From contig OY730476.1 in NCBI GenBank assembly GCA_963422735.1, positions 64,001-128,000 on the forward strand: a stretch of 64,000 bases of DNA. Direction: 5' to 3'. Below, in pieces: positions 62,351 to 64,000 of this stretch (its first letter is position 1; every line of letters starts with the position of its first letter). The notes under the pieces are model-generated. The model ran no database searches. It saw nothing but the letters and a program-made list of their open reading frames with translations, and was not told the origin of the DNA. The translations under genes were made by a program, and so were the position numbers. This DNA comes from Candidatus Latescibacterota bacterium (GTDB lineage Bacteria; Latescibacterota; UBA2968; UBA8231).

Positions 62351-63721
62351 CTACAACACCAGCTCGTCCGGCGGCTCGTAGTCGCTTTTGCGCGGGTCCC
62401 AGCGGATTCCGCATTTGTCGCTGATGACCGCCCATTCACCCGGACTGAGGTTGCCCTGGTGGTGGTAGTTGAAGCGCCTGAGCCCCGCGGCCTCGGCGGC
62501 GTCGAGCAACATCTTGAGGTCGCGCGCCGACATCGGGTCGCCGTCGTGGGGAAAGCGACCGGTGTCGAGCCAGGGCACGATGCGCTCCGGGTCGTCAACC
62601 GAGGCTAGTGCCCGTCGGGTCTCCTGCGTTACCACCTGCTCGAAAAACTCGGGACTGAGGGCGCTCTCGAAGTCGAGCATGTCGTCGCCCACGCCCGGCA
62701 GGACGATGCCGAAGAGAGCCTCCACGACATTGAGGGTATCGGCCACGCTGATCCCCGGATTCCACTCGAGGAGCGTCTGCGAGTAGCGGTAAACCGTGCC
62801 GAGGAAGCCGTCGAAGCCTCGGTGAAAGAAGTAGTGCTTAGGCAGCAGGAAATCCATGAACCGGGCTAGATCGACGAAGTCGTACCCGCACAAGGGCGCG
62901 AAGGCGGCCGAGCGCGGGCCGCATCCTAGGCGCACCGGACGTTCCAGTTCGGCAGCGACGCCTTCGCGGATGCGGCGAAAATAGCGAGTCAGCGAGTCGG
63001 CCCGGAACGACAGCCAAGCCATCAGGTCTGGGTCGGCACCGAGCATGCGGTAGGCGCCGACTAGGCCGCCGCGGGCGTGTCCGCGGATGCGCACCGGATC
63101 GAGGTTGTGGAACAGGGACAGGAGCCTGTCTTTCGCGGCCACCATGGCCTCATAGTCGTACCCCAAATCCTCGGCCATCGGTGCCACAGATTCCGGCAGG
63201 TCGTGAAAGAAGTAGGAGCGATGATTCATGTGATGGGGGGCTATTTCGTACCCCCACTCCGGTCCGTCCATTACAGCACCGTCCGCCATCGGGAAGTGCT
63301 CTAGCGTATCGACCATGCGCGCCACCCGCGATGCCAGCGTCTTGTCGTCGTGCAGGTGGTGGCCCTTCCCCCCCGGACCGGCCCCACCGTCGGCGTACAT
63401 ACAGTAAACCTGCATGCCGCGGTCCTTGGCGGCGTTCATCGTCTTTTCTAGCAGGGCCCTTTTTTGGGGCAGCTTCTGTTCCGGCGGTGGCGGCGGCTCG
63501 ACTCCGAGTCGCGCGTACACTGCCGGGTTCGGATCGTACGCTTCCGCCACGATATCGCCGGTGGGAGCGGACACTGCATGCTTCGACAGTTTCGCAGTGC
63601 CGAAGACGAGCGGCCCGAACACGACGCCATCGACGCCGCCTTCTGCCCAAGCATCGAGTATGCGCTCGTGATCGCTCATCACGCTTTCGAGATCGCGCAT
63701 TACATCCATCCACAGCTTCAT
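62351..63721 (-). CDS. Hypothetical protein, probable TIM-barrel glycoside hydrolase-like fold
   Basis: About 456-aa ORF with a strong aaggaggagg RBS; DGAVMDGPEW, LLPKHY motifs; fold is inference. Confidence 0.75.
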   Translation of the reverse strand: MKLWMDVMRDLESVMSDHERILDAWAEGGVDGVVFGPLVFGTAKLSKHAVSAPTGDIVAEAYDPNPAVYARLGVEPPPPPEQKLPQKRALLEKTMNAAKDRGMQVYCMYADGGAGPGGKGHHLHDDKTLASRVARMVDTLEHFPMADGAVMDGPEWGYEIAPHHMNHRSYFFHDLPESVAPMAEDLGYDYEAMVAAKDRLLSLFHNLDPVRIRGHARGGLVGAYRMLGADPDLMAWLSFRADSLTRYFRRIREGVAAELERPVRLGCGPRSAAFAPLCGYDFVDLARFMDFLLPKHYFFHRGFDGFLGTVYRYSQTLLEWNPGISVADTLNVVEALFGIVLPGVGDDMLDFESALSPEFFEQVVTQETRRALASVDDPERIVPWLDTGRFPHDGDPMSARDLKMLLDAAEAAGLRRFNYHHQGNLSPGEWAVISDKCGIRWDPRKSDYEPPDELVL

Positions 63722-63835
63722 GGTCAACCTCCTCCTTGCCTTTTGGTGTCAGCCTCTCAAACAAAGGACCCACCGATCGGCTGGTTTCCCGACATACCCG
63801 TGAGATAGTCGATAACCAGCCACATGCCGGAGGAT

Positions 63836-63899
63836 CTCATAAAGAAGCCGGCGAAGTAGTCTCAGTGAGTGGGCGTAAAACGGCACACGCCGTCAAAGG
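63836..63899 (+). repeat. 64-bp direct repeat, copy 2
   Basis: 55/64 identical to 61150-61213. Confidence 0.85.
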
Positions 63900-64000
63900 A
63901 GACGCGCAACCTAGGGTGGCTCTCGTAGGGCCACGGATTGTAGGAGCGGGGAATGTAGTGACCGGCCCAACTATGGCGGAACGCGCCCTCGCCCAAAATG

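Overview
GC-rich (roughly 60-65% by eye) diderm bacterial DNA. Gene content points, by inference, to an FCB-group lineage such as Candidatus Latescibacterota: FlgD-Ig/CHU_C-tailed secreted proteins, a C-terminal TWGxIK motif, a PhyH-HEAT fusion and an FGE-sulfatase lipoprotein. Housekeeping genes include the uvrB 3' end, galE, galU, an E1 alpha/beta dehydrogenase pair, a ferredoxin with a nitrite/sulfite reductase, nnr, carB-pyrK-pyrD, pcm, a stand-alone rplC and a HIT gene. They are mixed with many decayed fragments: GT4, flippase, AAA-DUF4143, a BglII-like/MT-A70 R-M pair, a partial carB copy, a TMTC-like gene and a DUF59 chimera. The best candidate for an undescribed system is a co-oriented 12-kb cassette at 16211-28384. 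It encodes three paralogous discoidin + FlgD-Ig/CHU_C-tailed exported proteins, an 889-aa putative Ca-binding outer-membrane protein, a CBM9-like TWGxIK protein and a double-parvulin lipoprotein chaperone. A remnant of a second copy lies at 58.5-59 kb, and a PorW/SprE-like TPR-TonB_C lipoprotein lies at 45-48 kb. Other oddities are a 15-Cys peptide island, tandem Rieske-helical paralogs behind an operator-containing promoter, a 29-bp ferredoxin match in an intergenic region, a shikimate kinase homolog with a degenerate P-loop, and apparent CCWGG erosion. I saw no rRNA, tRNA or CRISPR array. All family calls come from motif recognition by eye; no searches were run.
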